NCBI GenBank assembly: GCA_964570005.1 | Contig: CAZMWE010000001.1 | Location: 7,378-71,377 of the forward strand | Source: an uncultured Candidatus Saccharibacteria bacterium | GTDB taxonomy: Bacteria > Patescibacteriota > Saccharimonadia > Saccharimonadales > UBA4665 | Reading direction: 5' to 3' | DNA length: 64,000 nucleotides | In this document: in pieces, positions 42,622 to 50,977 of the stretch | How positions within the stretch are numbered: position 1 is the stretch's first letter | Layout of the letters: each line of letters starts with the position of its first letter | Position numbers and translations under genes: made by a program | The notes under the pieces: model-generated | What the model was told of the DNA's origin: nothing | What the model saw: only the letters and a program-made list of their open reading frames with translations | Database searches by the model: none

Positions 42622-42890
42622 GCCTAATTATTTCACTTATTATTGGCGGACTGATCGGTTGGCTGGCAGCTAAAGTTGTCGGTCGGGAGGAAGGCGTAGT
42701 AGCTAGTATCGTTATTGGCATAGTCGGTTCGATTATCGGCGGCATTTTGTCGAGTGTGCTGGGGGCTGGTGGTCACGCATACTTAAGTTTTTCGTGGCCC
42801 AGCGTAGTCTGGTCGTTTATCGGCGCGCTGATTCTATCCATGATTCTGAATGCGTTGCAGCGCAATTCGCATCGCCACGCCGGGCTTTAG
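42618..42890 (+). CDS. GlsB/YeaQ/YmgE (transglycosylase-associated) family stress membrane protein
   Basis: IIGGLIGWLAAKVVGRE..GIVGSIIGG.. with 3 TM in 90 aa. Confidence 0.85.
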   Translation: MSLIISLIIGGLIGWLAAKVVGREEGVVASIVIGIVGSIIGGILSSVLGAGGHAYLSFSWPSVVWSFIGALILSMILNALQRNSHRHAGL

Positions 42891-42906
42891 CCAGCTGGCT
42901 TATATC

Positions 42907-42944
42907 AAGCAAGTACACTGATCGTAAGGTTGGTGTACTTGCTT
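42907..42944. terminator. 12-bp perfect hairpin between convergent genes
   Basis: aagcaagtacac / 14-nt loop / gtgtacttgctt followed by ttagcgtttt. Confidence 0.6.
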
Positions 42945-42952
42945 TTAGCGTT

Positions 42953-43900
42953 TTAGAAGTGGCGGTAACCTGTGTAGCCGGGATACGAGTTACTGTCAGG
43001 CTGTGTGTAGCGGTAGTACCGGCCACTATCCCAGGAGTCTCCACTGTAGGCTTGGTCAGGCGAGGCGTTGTTGTCAGCGCCAGCTCGGGTTACGCTGAAG
43101 CTGTTGCCGTCTAGGATTGAAATGTCGGTCAACGACTTGCCTGTCCGGTCTTCCATGCCGACTGTGTTGGCATCGCTGTCGGCGAGACCGACAGTCTGTC
43201 CGTCAGCAACCATGCTGGCATTTGCGAAGCTGAGCGTACCAAAGTTGTCCAGTGTCATGATACCGTTCGGGTCGCTGGGTGCTTCCTCTATCCACTCGGC
43301 TGATGATTCGGAGGAATTGTAATATACCGGCTGGCTGAAAGATTCGCCATTCGTTAGGTCGCTTATGGTGACGGTCCACTTGCCTGCGGAGGTTTCGGTG
43401 ATGGAAGCACGCATGGTGTCGCCGGGCCCAACATTGATATCAGGAATGTTCTGCGAATCGGCCGGCAGACTTTCGTAAAACGCACTGGTTATGATCTGGC
43501 CGTTTTGGACGATATTTTCCGTGCCGACCTGGATTAAATCATTACTGCTGCTACCGCCGATACCGATCCAAGTGGCATCGGCGCTTAAGCTATCGTACCC
43601 TTTCGAGACACTTGGTACGGTCCAGTTCCCGGAAACCCCGGTGTACGAGTTACCGGTCGCAAGATAACCGGCCCAGTTACGCGTGACTTGACTAACGTCG
43701 GCGCTGGTCCGGGCTTGCGATTGAGTATCACCGGCAAGCGAGGCCGTTAAAATCGTCGGGTGCGCGAGTTTACTGGTGCTCTGACTTACGCTTGATACTG
43801 GGGTGCTGGCGGTCGGCTTGGCATTAGGCTTGAAGCCTGGACTGGCCAGCAGGCCTGCAGCCAGTAGCGTACAACCGACAATACATAAGTTTTTTCTCAT
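42953..43900 (-). CDS. peptidase G1 (eqolisin, Pfam Peptidase_A4) family protein, secreted or anchored
   Basis: NWAGYLATG, TWIGIGGSSSNDLIQVGTE (catalytic Gln region) and SAEWIEEAP (catalytic Glu region). N-terminal signal/anchor MRKNLCIVGCTLLAAGLLA. Tyr/Gly/Ser-rich C-tail. Confidence 0.72.
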   Translation of the reverse strand: MRKNLCIVGCTLLAAGLLASPGFKPNAKPTASTPVSSVSQSTSKLAHPTILTASLAGDTQSQARTSADVSQVTRNWAGYLATGNSYTGVSGNWTVPSVSKGYDSLSADATWIGIGGSSSNDLIQVGTENIVQNGQIITSAFYESLPADSQNIPDINVGPGDTMRASITETSAGKWTVTISDLTNGESFSQPVYYNSSESSAEWIEEAPSDPNGIMTLDNFGTLSFANASMVADGQTVGLADSDANTVGMEDRTGKSLTDISILDGNSFSVTRAGADNNASPDQAYSGDSWDSGRYYRYTQPDSNSYPGYTGYRHF

Positions 43901-44107
43901 ATCTACCCTTTCCGCAGACTCGCGTGAAGCCCTCTGCCTAACTATTACATACTGCTAATCTCAAGTAGGTAGCTTGGGGAGCGGTCTAAAAACCCGCCTG
44001 TATACCAGCGTCCACAGTGAGCTATTTAATAGTACCGTTGGTGTATTGCGGCTACAGTAAGAATTACCATTTCCATTTGTCAGTATATAAGGAGAGGGGG
44101 GTAGAGC

Positions 44108-44473
44108 ATGAGGTACAGCGAACTTATTAAGAAAGTGCAGTTGTATTCGGGCTTCTCCGACGCGGAGTCCCAAGACGCGTTGGATTGTATGGTAGAAAGC
44201 CTGGCAATACATCTGGACGAGGGCGAGCGCAAAGACTTTGCCAGCCAGTTGCCGCAGGAACTGCAGAATATGGCGCTGTCGGTTTTGCCGACTGCGGAAA
44301 CCAGCCGCCAGGACATGGTGGAACAATTTATGGAGGTCGAGGGTATTCCGGAGGCGCGGGCCAAAAAACAGATGTTGTCCGCCTGGCGCGCGCTCAAAGA
44401 CGGTATAAGCGAGGGTGAAATAAACGATATACGGGCACAACTGCCGCAGAAGACTGTGGCGATGCTGCACTAA
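44108..44473 (+). CDS. DUF2267-domain protein
   Basis: MRYSELIKKVQLYSGFSDAESQDALDCMVESLAIHLDEGERKDFASQLPQEL is the typical DUF2267 repeat. AAGGAGAGG SD. Confidence 0.78.
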   Translation: MRYSELIKKVQLYSGFSDAESQDALDCMVESLAIHLDEGERKDFASQLPQELQNMALSVLPTAETSRQDMVEQFMEVEGIPEARAKKQMLSAWRALKDGISEGEINDIRAQLPQKTVAMLH

Positions 44474-44497
44474 GCTGGCCTGGTCCGGTTGCCGAGT

Positions 44498-45061
44498 TTA
44501 TACTGCGGCTGACTGGGGTTCGAGCAGTACCCCGTTCTTGGACACAGATGGTTCAGTGCATAAGTTACGATTCCAGCAGCACGGCCTCCGCTTGCCGGAT
44601 TCCATCTTGGAGATTGCCACTTCAACCCGCCTGCGGTGGGTTTCGGCGTTACTGGTGGAGCGTACCCAGCGGACCCATTCCCATCGTGCCATGGTCGTCG
44701 TTTGTCGCCAGAGTGTTTGTGCCTTCGGCGAGGCCGCAAGCGCGCTTTTCAGGTCAGCCGGCACCACGGGCTCTGGCCAGTCTTTGACTAGCTTGATTGT
44801 TACCGACACTGTGTCACCGGCAGCTGCGTGGATGAGTTTGCTTAAGTCTTCATCGACCTTGAACCAATGGCTCCAGTTGCCGTCCGGTTCCAACGGTGTT
44901 TGAAATACCCTGCCATTGATTGTAGCCTCCGCCATGGCCTGACCGCGCGACGGCAGCTTCGTGCTTGCTTCCTCGGGCAACCTAAGAATAGTCCACGAGC
45001 CTATACTGAACAAGGTGGTCTGAAAGCTAATAGTTGGCGCAGCCGCCTGCTTGGCCGGCAT
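44498..45061 (-). CDS. DUF1905 + YdeI/OmdA-domain protein
   Basis: An N-terminal DUF1905-type beta-barrel (FQTTLFSIGSWTILRLPEE..) and a C-terminal YdeI-type helix bundle (..WEWVRWVRSTSNAETHRRRVEVAISKM). Confidence 0.72.
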   Translation of the reverse strand: MPAKQAAAPTISFQTTLFSIGSWTILRLPEEASTKLPSRGQAMAEATINGRVFQTPLEPDGNWSHWFKVDEDLSKLIHAAAGDTVSVTIKLVKDWPEPVVPADLKSALAASPKAQTLWRQTTTMARWEWVRWVRSTSNAETHRRRVEVAISKMESGKRRPCCWNRNLCTEPSVSKNGVLLEPQSAAV

Positions 45062-45064
45062 CTT

Positions 45065-45499
45065 TTAGCTGTCGCCGCCTTCCAGACCGCTGACGTCCTC
45101 GCTCTGGCCGATCGGCTTTAGGATTTCGCCAACAATTTTATCAAGCTGGCCGTCGGTCATGTTGGCTTTGACGATGTAATCCTCGATGCCCAGCTCATGT
45201 AGTCCCTTTGGGGCTTCGGATTCATTCAAATTGGAAATAATCAGCACCTTGACGTCTTCGCCCCAATCGGTAGAACGCATAATTTTGAGTACCTGGTCAC
45301 CGGGCAGTTTAGGAAGCATAAGGTCGAGCAGGACTAGCCGCGGCCGGTGTTGTTCGATGGCCACGAGCGCCTGCAGACCGTCCCCTGCCGTGACGCTTTT
45401 GAAGCCGAGCAGCTCCAAGCGGGTTTTGTATATTTCAGCGAGATCTGGTTGGTCCTCGACGATAACGACGTCGACGTTTGCGGTGGTTTCTTCTGTCAT
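45065..45499 (-). CDS. stand-alone response-regulator receiver (CheY-like)
   Basis: VVIVEDQPD.., phospho-acceptor in LVLLDLMLP, and conserved Lys in DYIVKA. No output domain. Trimmed to ATG 45499, 7 nt after TATAAT at 45512..45507. Confidence 0.85.
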   Translation of the reverse strand: MTEETTANVDVVIVEDQPDLAEIYKTRLELLGFKSVTAGDGLQALVAIEQHRPRLVLLDLMLPKLPGDQVLKIMRSTDWGEDVKVLIISNLNESEAPKGLHELGIEDYIVKANMTDGQLDKIVGEILKPIGQSEDVSGLEGGDS

Positions 45500-45636
45500 G
45501 GCTATCATTATAGTCTTTTTGCGCGCGGGTACTACCCTTGTGTGCTTTGGTCGGTAGTGCGGCACTTATCAGAAGAATAGTCCATGAATTTTGATTCTTG
45601 GGTTGTCATGTATGGAAATAAGAGCGGGCATCATGA

Positions 45637-45698
45637 AAACCCCAGCTACGCCGTAATCCCTATAACAGGGGTTTACGCGCGGCGTGTAAAGCTGGGGT
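45637..45698 (-). terminator. compound hairpin followed (minus sense) by TTTT
   Basis: The outer stem ccccagct/agctgggg plus inner acgccg/cggcgt enclose a small cccc..gggg hairpin. On the minus strand the stem is followed by ttttc. Confidence 0.45.
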
Positions 45699-45787
45699 AC
45701 GCGGTATTGCGCCCAAGCTCATGTGGGTGATGAGCAGGCGCTCGAGGCCAGTACCGCATCTGGCGGTTTCCTTTGCAGGCAACATGT

Positions 45788-46150
45788 CTACATATGAGAG
45801 GGTCCTGGATAAGATGATCCATTGACGGGAGCAGGGGGAGCGGGGAGTCGCATCTCTTCACCGAATGCTACCCCGATGATAACGAGGAGCTTGGCAAGAT
45901 CGTCGTCTGTGACAGGGTGCTCGTTCTTGAGCTCAATGCTCAAGGACGAGCTGTCGGGTGACCTAAAGAACTCAAGGTCGGGATCGGTCCATGTACCTAT
46001 CGCGAGGCTGAGGATTATTATCTCATGGCTATAGATAGTTGCATGGGTGTCTAGGCTGATAACGATGTTCCTCTCCAGCTCTCGGTCGCTGACGGGGACT
46101 TCGATCCTGAAACTAGTCAAGGATCTGGCACTTACCCGTACTATGCGCAC
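45788..46150 (-). CDS. hypothetical protein
   Basis: ORF trimmed to GTG 46150 with GGAG 6 nt upstream, and a terminator-like structure downstream. Codon usage looks atypical by eye (ata, agg, cta). No family recognised. Confidence 0.35.
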   Translation of the reverse strand: MRIVRVSARSLTSFRIEVPVSDRELERNIVISLDTHATIYSHEIIILSLAIGTWTDPDLEFFRSPDSSSLSIELKNEHPVTDDDLAKLLVIIGVAFGEEMRLPAPPAPVNGSSYPGPSHM

Positions 46151-46318
46151 AATTTTCTCCGTTCTAACGACGAATAGTACTGTCTGAACTAACAAGTCGT
46201 CAGAAAGTCAGACGCTTGTTACGTGAAGTCTTATTACAACCGACCGTCAATCGTGTCAATGATCATTACGGAAAAGCGGGAATGCTACCGGCAAACATGA
46301 GTAGTATAGACCAGTTTT

Positions 46319-46525
46319 GTGTTTTCGTCCAAGTTATCGGATCCGAACGAATGCAAGTCCTACCCGGCAGAGCTGAAAGCAGGTAGTGTTGACATCAATG
46401 GCATGAATCGTTTTAAGCCGTTCAATCCGTTTGGCGGCTATAAAGATTCCGGTATGGGTAGAGAGCACGGCATTTACAGCCTGCGTGAACGGTGTCAGGT
46501 TAAAGCAGTGTCTGATATCAAGTAA
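46319..46525 (+). pseudogene. C-terminal remnant of an aldehyde dehydrogenase gene
   Basis: LKAGSVDINGMNRFKPFNPFGGYKDSGMGREHGIYSLRERCQVKAV matches the extreme C-terminus of ALDH-family enzymes (..aG.v.iN....P.FGG.K.SG.GRE.G...l..y...K.v). The ~430 upstream residues are missing. Confidence 0.7.
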
Positions 46526-46539
46526 CTAGAGGATAGAGA

Positions 46540-47487
46540 CTATGCGTCCAGCTCCTGGACGGCCAACTTAGTAACGGCAGCGAGCGACGTGATGAAAAGC
46601 GGATCGGTATTCGGCAGCTCGATGCGGTTGTAGCTGATGCCGTATTCCGCGCATTGCTCGCCGCCGGCTATGTCGAGGTCATACAGAATTTCAAGATGGT
46701 CAGCCAGGAATTGGATAGGGATGATGAGCACCGCTTTGTTGTGCTTATCGTGTAAGTCGGCCAGTATGTCGACGAGATCCGGCTTTAACCACGGCTCCGG
46801 CGTATGCCCGGCGCTTTGGTAGCCGCGGTACCATTCAAGTCCTGGATCGTCAAGTTTAGCTACGACGGCTTCGGCCGTTTCCTGTAGCTGTGTAAGGTAG
46901 CTCGGGTCTTTTGCGACCACCCTTTCCGGTAGGCTGTGGGTTGTAAAAACTACCGGTACGTCGCTGCCGTATGTTTTGTGTAATTTCGCCAGCGACTCTT
47001 TGACCCGTTTGCTCAGCAGCTCAATGAAGTTTGGCTCGGTTTGCCACGGCCCGGCGACCGCCACACCCTTTTCGGAATACCCGTGTTGTTGCGCTGCGGT
47101 TTTCAGGCTTGTGCGGTAACCTTCCATAATAGAGGAAGAAAACTGTGGCGACAGGATAACGCCGACCAGCTTCTGCACACCCGCATCGCGGCACGCTAAC
47201 ACCGCATCGTCTATGAACGGCGCTGAATGGAGCATACCGGCTTTCGCGATGTAGTCATTCCTCTGCCCGGCTAGTTCTTCATTCAAGAGCTCGGCTTGCT
47301 TTTCAGTGATTTCGACCAGCGGCGAATGCCCCACTTGCCGGTAGCGCTCTGCGAAGTCCTCAACAAGCCCTTCGGGTACGTTGTCTTTGTAGATGTGGTG
47401 CATGTATTCCGCGACGTGGTCAGCTGTCGTAGCTGAGCCATAGGTCATGAGGATGACGCCGATTTTGATAGGTTTGCTACTGGGCAT
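46540..47487 (-). CDS. hemH: ferrochelatase (probably coproporphyrin ferrochelatase, given HemQ in the operon)
   Basis: IGVILMTYGS, VVFTTHSLPERV and IQFLADHLEILYDLD are ferrochelatase signatures. Confidence 0.9.
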   Translation of the reverse strand: MPSSKPIKIGVILMTYGSATTADHVAEYMHHIYKDNVPEGLVEDFAERYRQVGHSPLVEITEKQAELLNEELAGQRNDYIAKAGMLHSAPFIDDAVLACRDAGVQKLVGVILSPQFSSSIMEGYRTSLKTAAQQHGYSEKGVAVAGPWQTEPNFIELLSKRVKESLAKLHKTYGSDVPVVFTTHSLPERVVAKDPSYLTQLQETAEAVVAKLDDPGLEWYRGYQSAGHTPEPWLKPDLVDILADLHDKHNKAVLIIPIQFLADHLEILYDLDIAGGEQCAEYGISYNRIELPNTDPLFITSLAAVTKLAVQELDA

Positions 47488-48550
47488 GAAGGTACTCCAC
47501 GAGTTGCTTTAATTTTGCATCGTCAGTTTCCGGTAAAACGCCGTGGCCGAAGTTGAATATAAATCCGTCCCGTGTTGGTAAGCTCTTGAGCAAGCTGTCA
47601 ACTTTTGTCTCGATCATTTTCTGACTTGCTAGCAGTACCGTCGGATCAAGATTGCCCTGCATGGCTTTATCGCCAACAATGGTCTGGGCGCGGTCCAGAT
47701 CGATCCGCCAGTCAAGCCCGATGACCTCGCAATCAACGTCCGAGAAGTCAGCGAGTAAGCCGGCGGTATCGGTGCCGAAGTGGATGCGCGGCACACCCTT
47801 GTTTTTAAGCGCGGTAAATATTTTTTGGACGTGCGGCAGGACATGCTGGCGGTAGTCTGCTGGGGCTAAGCAGCCGACCCAGCTGTCAAATAGCTGCACG
47901 GCTTGTGCGCCCGCATCAATCTGCATCGAGAGATAGCTAATAATGGCATCGGAAAGTGTCACCATCAGCAGGTTCCAGTCATCGGTCTGTTCAAATATGA
48001 AGCGTTTGGTCTTTTGCCATTTGCGGGTTGGTTCGCCTTCTATCAAATAGCTGGCAAGTGTAAACGGCGCGGCCGAAAACCCAATAAGTGGAACCTGCAG
48101 CTTGCCGCGCAGGATTTTTATCGTTTCCTGCAGGTACTGTGCGTTGCTTGCGTCAAATGGCTTGAGGGTTCGGATGTCTGCGCTAGTGGTGAGGGGCTTA
48201 TCGACTATCGGGCCGACAGTTTCAACGATGCGCACGTCTACACCCATAGCAATTGGCAGCAGCATAATATCGGCGAACAATATGGCGGCATCGACACCCA
48301 ACCGTTCCACTGGCTCCAGGCTGACTTTGGCGGCCAGCTCCGGCGTACGTGTCAGGGTCAGCACGTCGTAATTCTTGCGGAGTTCCCGATAGCCGGGCAG
48401 CGATCGTCCGGCTTGTCGCATGAACCAGACGGGGATATGATCCGTCTTTTCGCCGTAACAGGCCCTAAGGAACGTATCGTTGAACAATTTAGAGCCACTC
48501 CATATGTTCGGTGAGCGGCTTGTGTAGGCACGTAAACATGGGAGTGTCAC
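47477..48550 (-). CDS. hemE: uroporphyrinogen decarboxylase
   Basis: NDTFLRACYGEKTDHIPVWFMRQAGR and further URO-D motifs. GTG 48550 would overlap hemQ by 62 nt. An alternative TTG at 48487 sits 10 nt after GGAG and 1 nt after the hemQ stop. Confidence 0.92.
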   Translation of the reverse strand: MTLPCLRAYTSRSPNIWSGSKLFNDTFLRACYGEKTDHIPVWFMRQAGRSLPGYRELRKNYDVLTLTRTPELAAKVSLEPVERLGVDAAILFADIMLLPIAMGVDVRIVETVGPIVDKPLTTSADIRTLKPFDASNAQYLQETIKILRGKLQVPLIGFSAAPFTLASYLIEGEPTRKWQKTKRFIFEQTDDWNLLMVTLSDAIISYLSMQIDAGAQAVQLFDSWVGCLAPADYRQHVLPHVQKIFTALKNKGVPRIHFGTDTAGLLADFSDVDCEVIGLDWRIDLDRAQTIVGDKAMQGNLDPTVLLASQKMIETKVDSLLKSLPTRDGFIFNFGHGVLPETDDAKLKQLVEYLHAQ

Positions 48551-49160
48551 TTAAGGTGTACTTGCGCCCGATAGTTCCCCGCATTTCCATGATGAGATCC
48601 TGAAATTCCTCAAGCGTTTGGGTTTCGTATGACACAATAAACTCATAATCATCGACACCATACGAATACAATAGACACTGGCGGATATCCGGATGTGCGA
48701 CACCGGTCTTAATGTGCTGCCCCATGATTGACTTGCGGTTTTCGAAGTCCAACAGGTGCCAATCCGCTGTTTTGGTGAACGGGTAGAGCACGAGGTACGG
48801 TTTCCGGTCAGAATATTGCCGGATTTCCTGGTCAGGTTTGCCGGTGCGACCACTGTATGTTGAGGCGCGGATGATGCCGAAATAGCTGTAGGTCAGTGTT
48901 AGCCACTGGCCGAATCCGGTGCCGAGTGTGTCCCGCATAAGTGTTTGCATATGAGCTGGGTCGCTGGTCTGTACCCATAGCAGAAATGTGGTGTTGGGTT
49001 TAAACCCCAGCGTGGAGTACGGAGTTATCTGCGTATTCTTCTGACTTTCCAACAGTTTTCGGAAAGCTTGTTTTTGTTTTGTCCTGGCTTCCGCGGGCTG
49101 CTGGTAGTAGGCGTTGGCAACGTGAAAGAAAAGGTAGCTGTGGTACGGGTGCTGGTCCAT
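48489..49160 (-). CDS. hemQ: chlorite-dismutase-family coproheme decarboxylase (HemQ/ChdC)
   Basis: 223 aa with a Cld-like fold pattern (..YLVLYPFTKTADWHLL..MGQHIKTG..YSYGVDDYEFIVSYET..), located inside a haem operon. Confidence 0.82.
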   Translation of the reverse strand: MDQHPYHSYLFFHVANAYYQQPAEARTKQKQAFRKLLESQKNTQITPYSTLGFKPNTTFLLWVQTSDPAHMQTLMRDTLGTGFGQWLTLTYSYFGIIRASTYSGRTGKPDQEIRQYSDRKPYLVLYPFTKTADWHLLDFENRKSIMGQHIKTGVAHPDIRQCLLYSYGVDDYEFIVSYETQTLEEFQDLIMEMRGTIGRKYTLSDTPMFTCLHKPLTEHMEWL

Positions 49161-49187
49161 CAGACAAAGTATACCAAGCGCAGCTGA

Positions 49188-49955
49188 TTATTGCCTGATA
49201 AGCCGCTGCAGAATCTCCAATATGCCGTCAAGCAGTGGCTCGCGGCTCGCGAGGATATGCCGGAATCCGCTATCCCGCAAGGCCTGTGCGGTGGTCGGGC
49301 CGATCGCGACTACTGGCAGTGACTTTGCTTTCTGTAGTAGTCCGGGTTCGTTGACCCGCCGGGAAAATCCCCGAACGGCTGATGGACTGGCGAAAATGAT
49401 GTAATCGATACGCGTTGCTGCTAAGCTTCGTGAGAATTCCTCGTCAGGCGTGTCAATCAGGCGGGTAGTATACAGTGGTAACACCGTTACCTCCGCTTCC
49501 CGGCCACGCAATCGTGTGGCCAATTCGTTCGAAGCTATATCGGACTGCGGAATCAGGATGCGTCTGCCCTGCACGGGCTCCAGTTCTGTACCGAGCACCG
49601 TGCCGATTGATACGGACGGCATGAAGCTGACCCGTATGCCGTTTGTTTCGAGCGAGTGCGCTGTTTGTATCCCTATGGCGGCCACTTGCGGCGCCAAGGT
49701 GGACAGGTTGATACCAAGCTGAGCCAGTGACGACAGGAAATATTGGACACTATTGCCGCTGGTAAAAATGATCCAATCGAAACTGGATAGCCGTTGCAGC
49801 ATACATTCGATTTCCGAAGTTTGTTCCAGCGGGACGGTTTCAATGGTTGGCAGTGAATAAACCTGGAGGCCGCTGGCCTGTAGGCGTACCAACCAGGCGG
49901 CGTTACCACTGGCGCTGCGGGTTAATGCGACAGTCAGGGTTCTAGAACCGGGCAT
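49188..49955 (-). CDS. hemD: uroporphyrinogen-III synthase
   Basis: ORF 49188..50255 trimmed to ATG 49955 (MPGSRTLTVALTR..) because upstream codons overlap hemC. HemD-type repeats (IIFTSGNSV.., IIFASPSAVRGF). Confidence 0.8.
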   Translation of the reverse strand: MPGSRTLTVALTRSASGNAAWLVRLQASGLQVYSLPTIETVPLEQTSEIECMLQRLSSFDWIIFTSGNSVQYFLSSLAQLGINLSTLAPQVAAIGIQTAHSLETNGIRVSFMPSVSIGTVLGTELEPVQGRRILIPQSDIASNELATRLRGREAEVTVLPLYTTRLIDTPDEEFSRSLAATRIDYIIFASPSAVRGFSRRVNEPGLLQKAKSLPVVAIGPTTAQALRDSGFRHILASREPLLDGILEILQRLIRQ

Positions 49956-50865
49956 ATTCGGCCACGAAAGGTTCCTGGGCCAGCTTATGTGCCAACTGGC
50001 GAGCCAGACCCACAGCTTCCGTGGCTGCTCCCTGCAGTGATCCAATGACGCATTGTGCCGCGTCAATGCTACCAACCATGCCGTAGATGTGTGCCGTACC
50101 GGTTTCAATCTGCACGTAGCACGCGACCGGTAATTTGCAGCCGCCGCCGATAACCTCGGCAAAGGCCTGTTCGGCCATGGTCGCCTGCCGGCAGGCTTCG
50201 TCCTGCAATTCTGTGAACAGCGTGATGAGGTCGGTGCGTGCGGTTCGTATCTCAACCGCTAATGTCCCCTGCCCGATGGACGGTACAAACGTCGTCCCGT
50301 CCAGGTATTCAGTAATCATCTCGGTCCGGCCGATACGTTCCAGCCCGGCGGCAGCCATAATGAGCGCGTCAAAGTCACCGGCCTCCAGTTTTTGCAGGCG
50401 GGTATTGGCATTACCGCGAATACTTTTTACCTGCAGATCCGGACGCTCCTTCAGGAGCAGTGTCTTGCGGCGCAGACTGTCGGTGCCGACAATAGCGCCC
50501 TTTGGCAGTGTTGCCAGCGTGGTTGCGGTGGTCGCAATCACTGCATCGCGGGGGTCATCTCTTGGCAGCACCGGCAAGATCATCAGACCGGGTGGTAATT
50601 CCGGCGGCACGTCCTTCAGACTATGCACCGCGAAATCAATGTTCCGCTCAATCAGCTCATCCTCAATCTCTTTGGTGAACCACTCCTTGCCGACGGTATC
50701 AAGTGGAATAGGCGCATCGTTGGCGTCGCCTTTCGTCGTAATGGTCTTGGTGGCTATCATAAGCTCGGGGTGGCGCCCGGTAAGGTGTGCAATTACTTTA
50801 TCGGTTTGGACCAGCGCCATCGGGCTGCCGCGCGTACCGGCGATGAGCTGTCGTGTTTCCGTCAT
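49942..50865 (-). CDS. hemC: hydroxymethylbilane synthase (porphobilinogen deaminase)
   Basis: IAGTRGSPMALVQT, AVHSLKDVP and RGNANTRLQKL are canonical HemC motifs. Confidence 0.93.
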   Translation of the reverse strand: MTETRQLIAGTRGSPMALVQTDKVIAHLTGRHPELMIATKTITTKGDANDAPIPLDTVGKEWFTKEIEDELIERNIDFAVHSLKDVPPELPPGLMILPVLPRDDPRDAVIATTATTLATLPKGAIVGTDSLRRKTLLLKERPDLQVKSIRGNANTRLQKLEAGDFDALIMAAAGLERIGRTEMITEYLDGTTFVPSIGQGTLAVEIRTARTDLITLFTELQDEACRQATMAEQAFAEVIGGGCKLPVACYVQIETGTAHIYGMVGSIDAAQCVIGSLQGAATEAVGLARQLAHKLAQEPFVAEYARF

Positions 50866-50872
50866 CGTTCTA

Positions 50873-50881
50873 ATACTATCA
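50873..50881 (-). promoter_or_regulatory. extended -10 box TGaTAGTAT, 7 nt upstream of hemC ATG
   Basis: Minus-sense read: agcaTGaTAGTATtagaacgATG. Confidence 0.45.
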
Positions 50882-50977
50882 TGCTTCGTTCCGATGCCGT
50901 CGTACGACTACATACCAATCTTCGCGAGAAGGCTTTTCGCTTACCTGGTCAATAGTTGAAAGGCAAAACCCTATATT

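Noticed and set aside
47903-48514. 203-aa plus-strand ORF opposite hemE
   Set aside because: It is a shadow ORF of a well-supported uroporphyrinogen decarboxylase gene.
50135-50959. 274-aa plus-strand ORF opposite hemC (also 50392..50598, 50623..50955)
   Set aside because: It is antisense to a canonical hemC, has Ser/Arg-rich low-information sequence, and shows no start-site signals.
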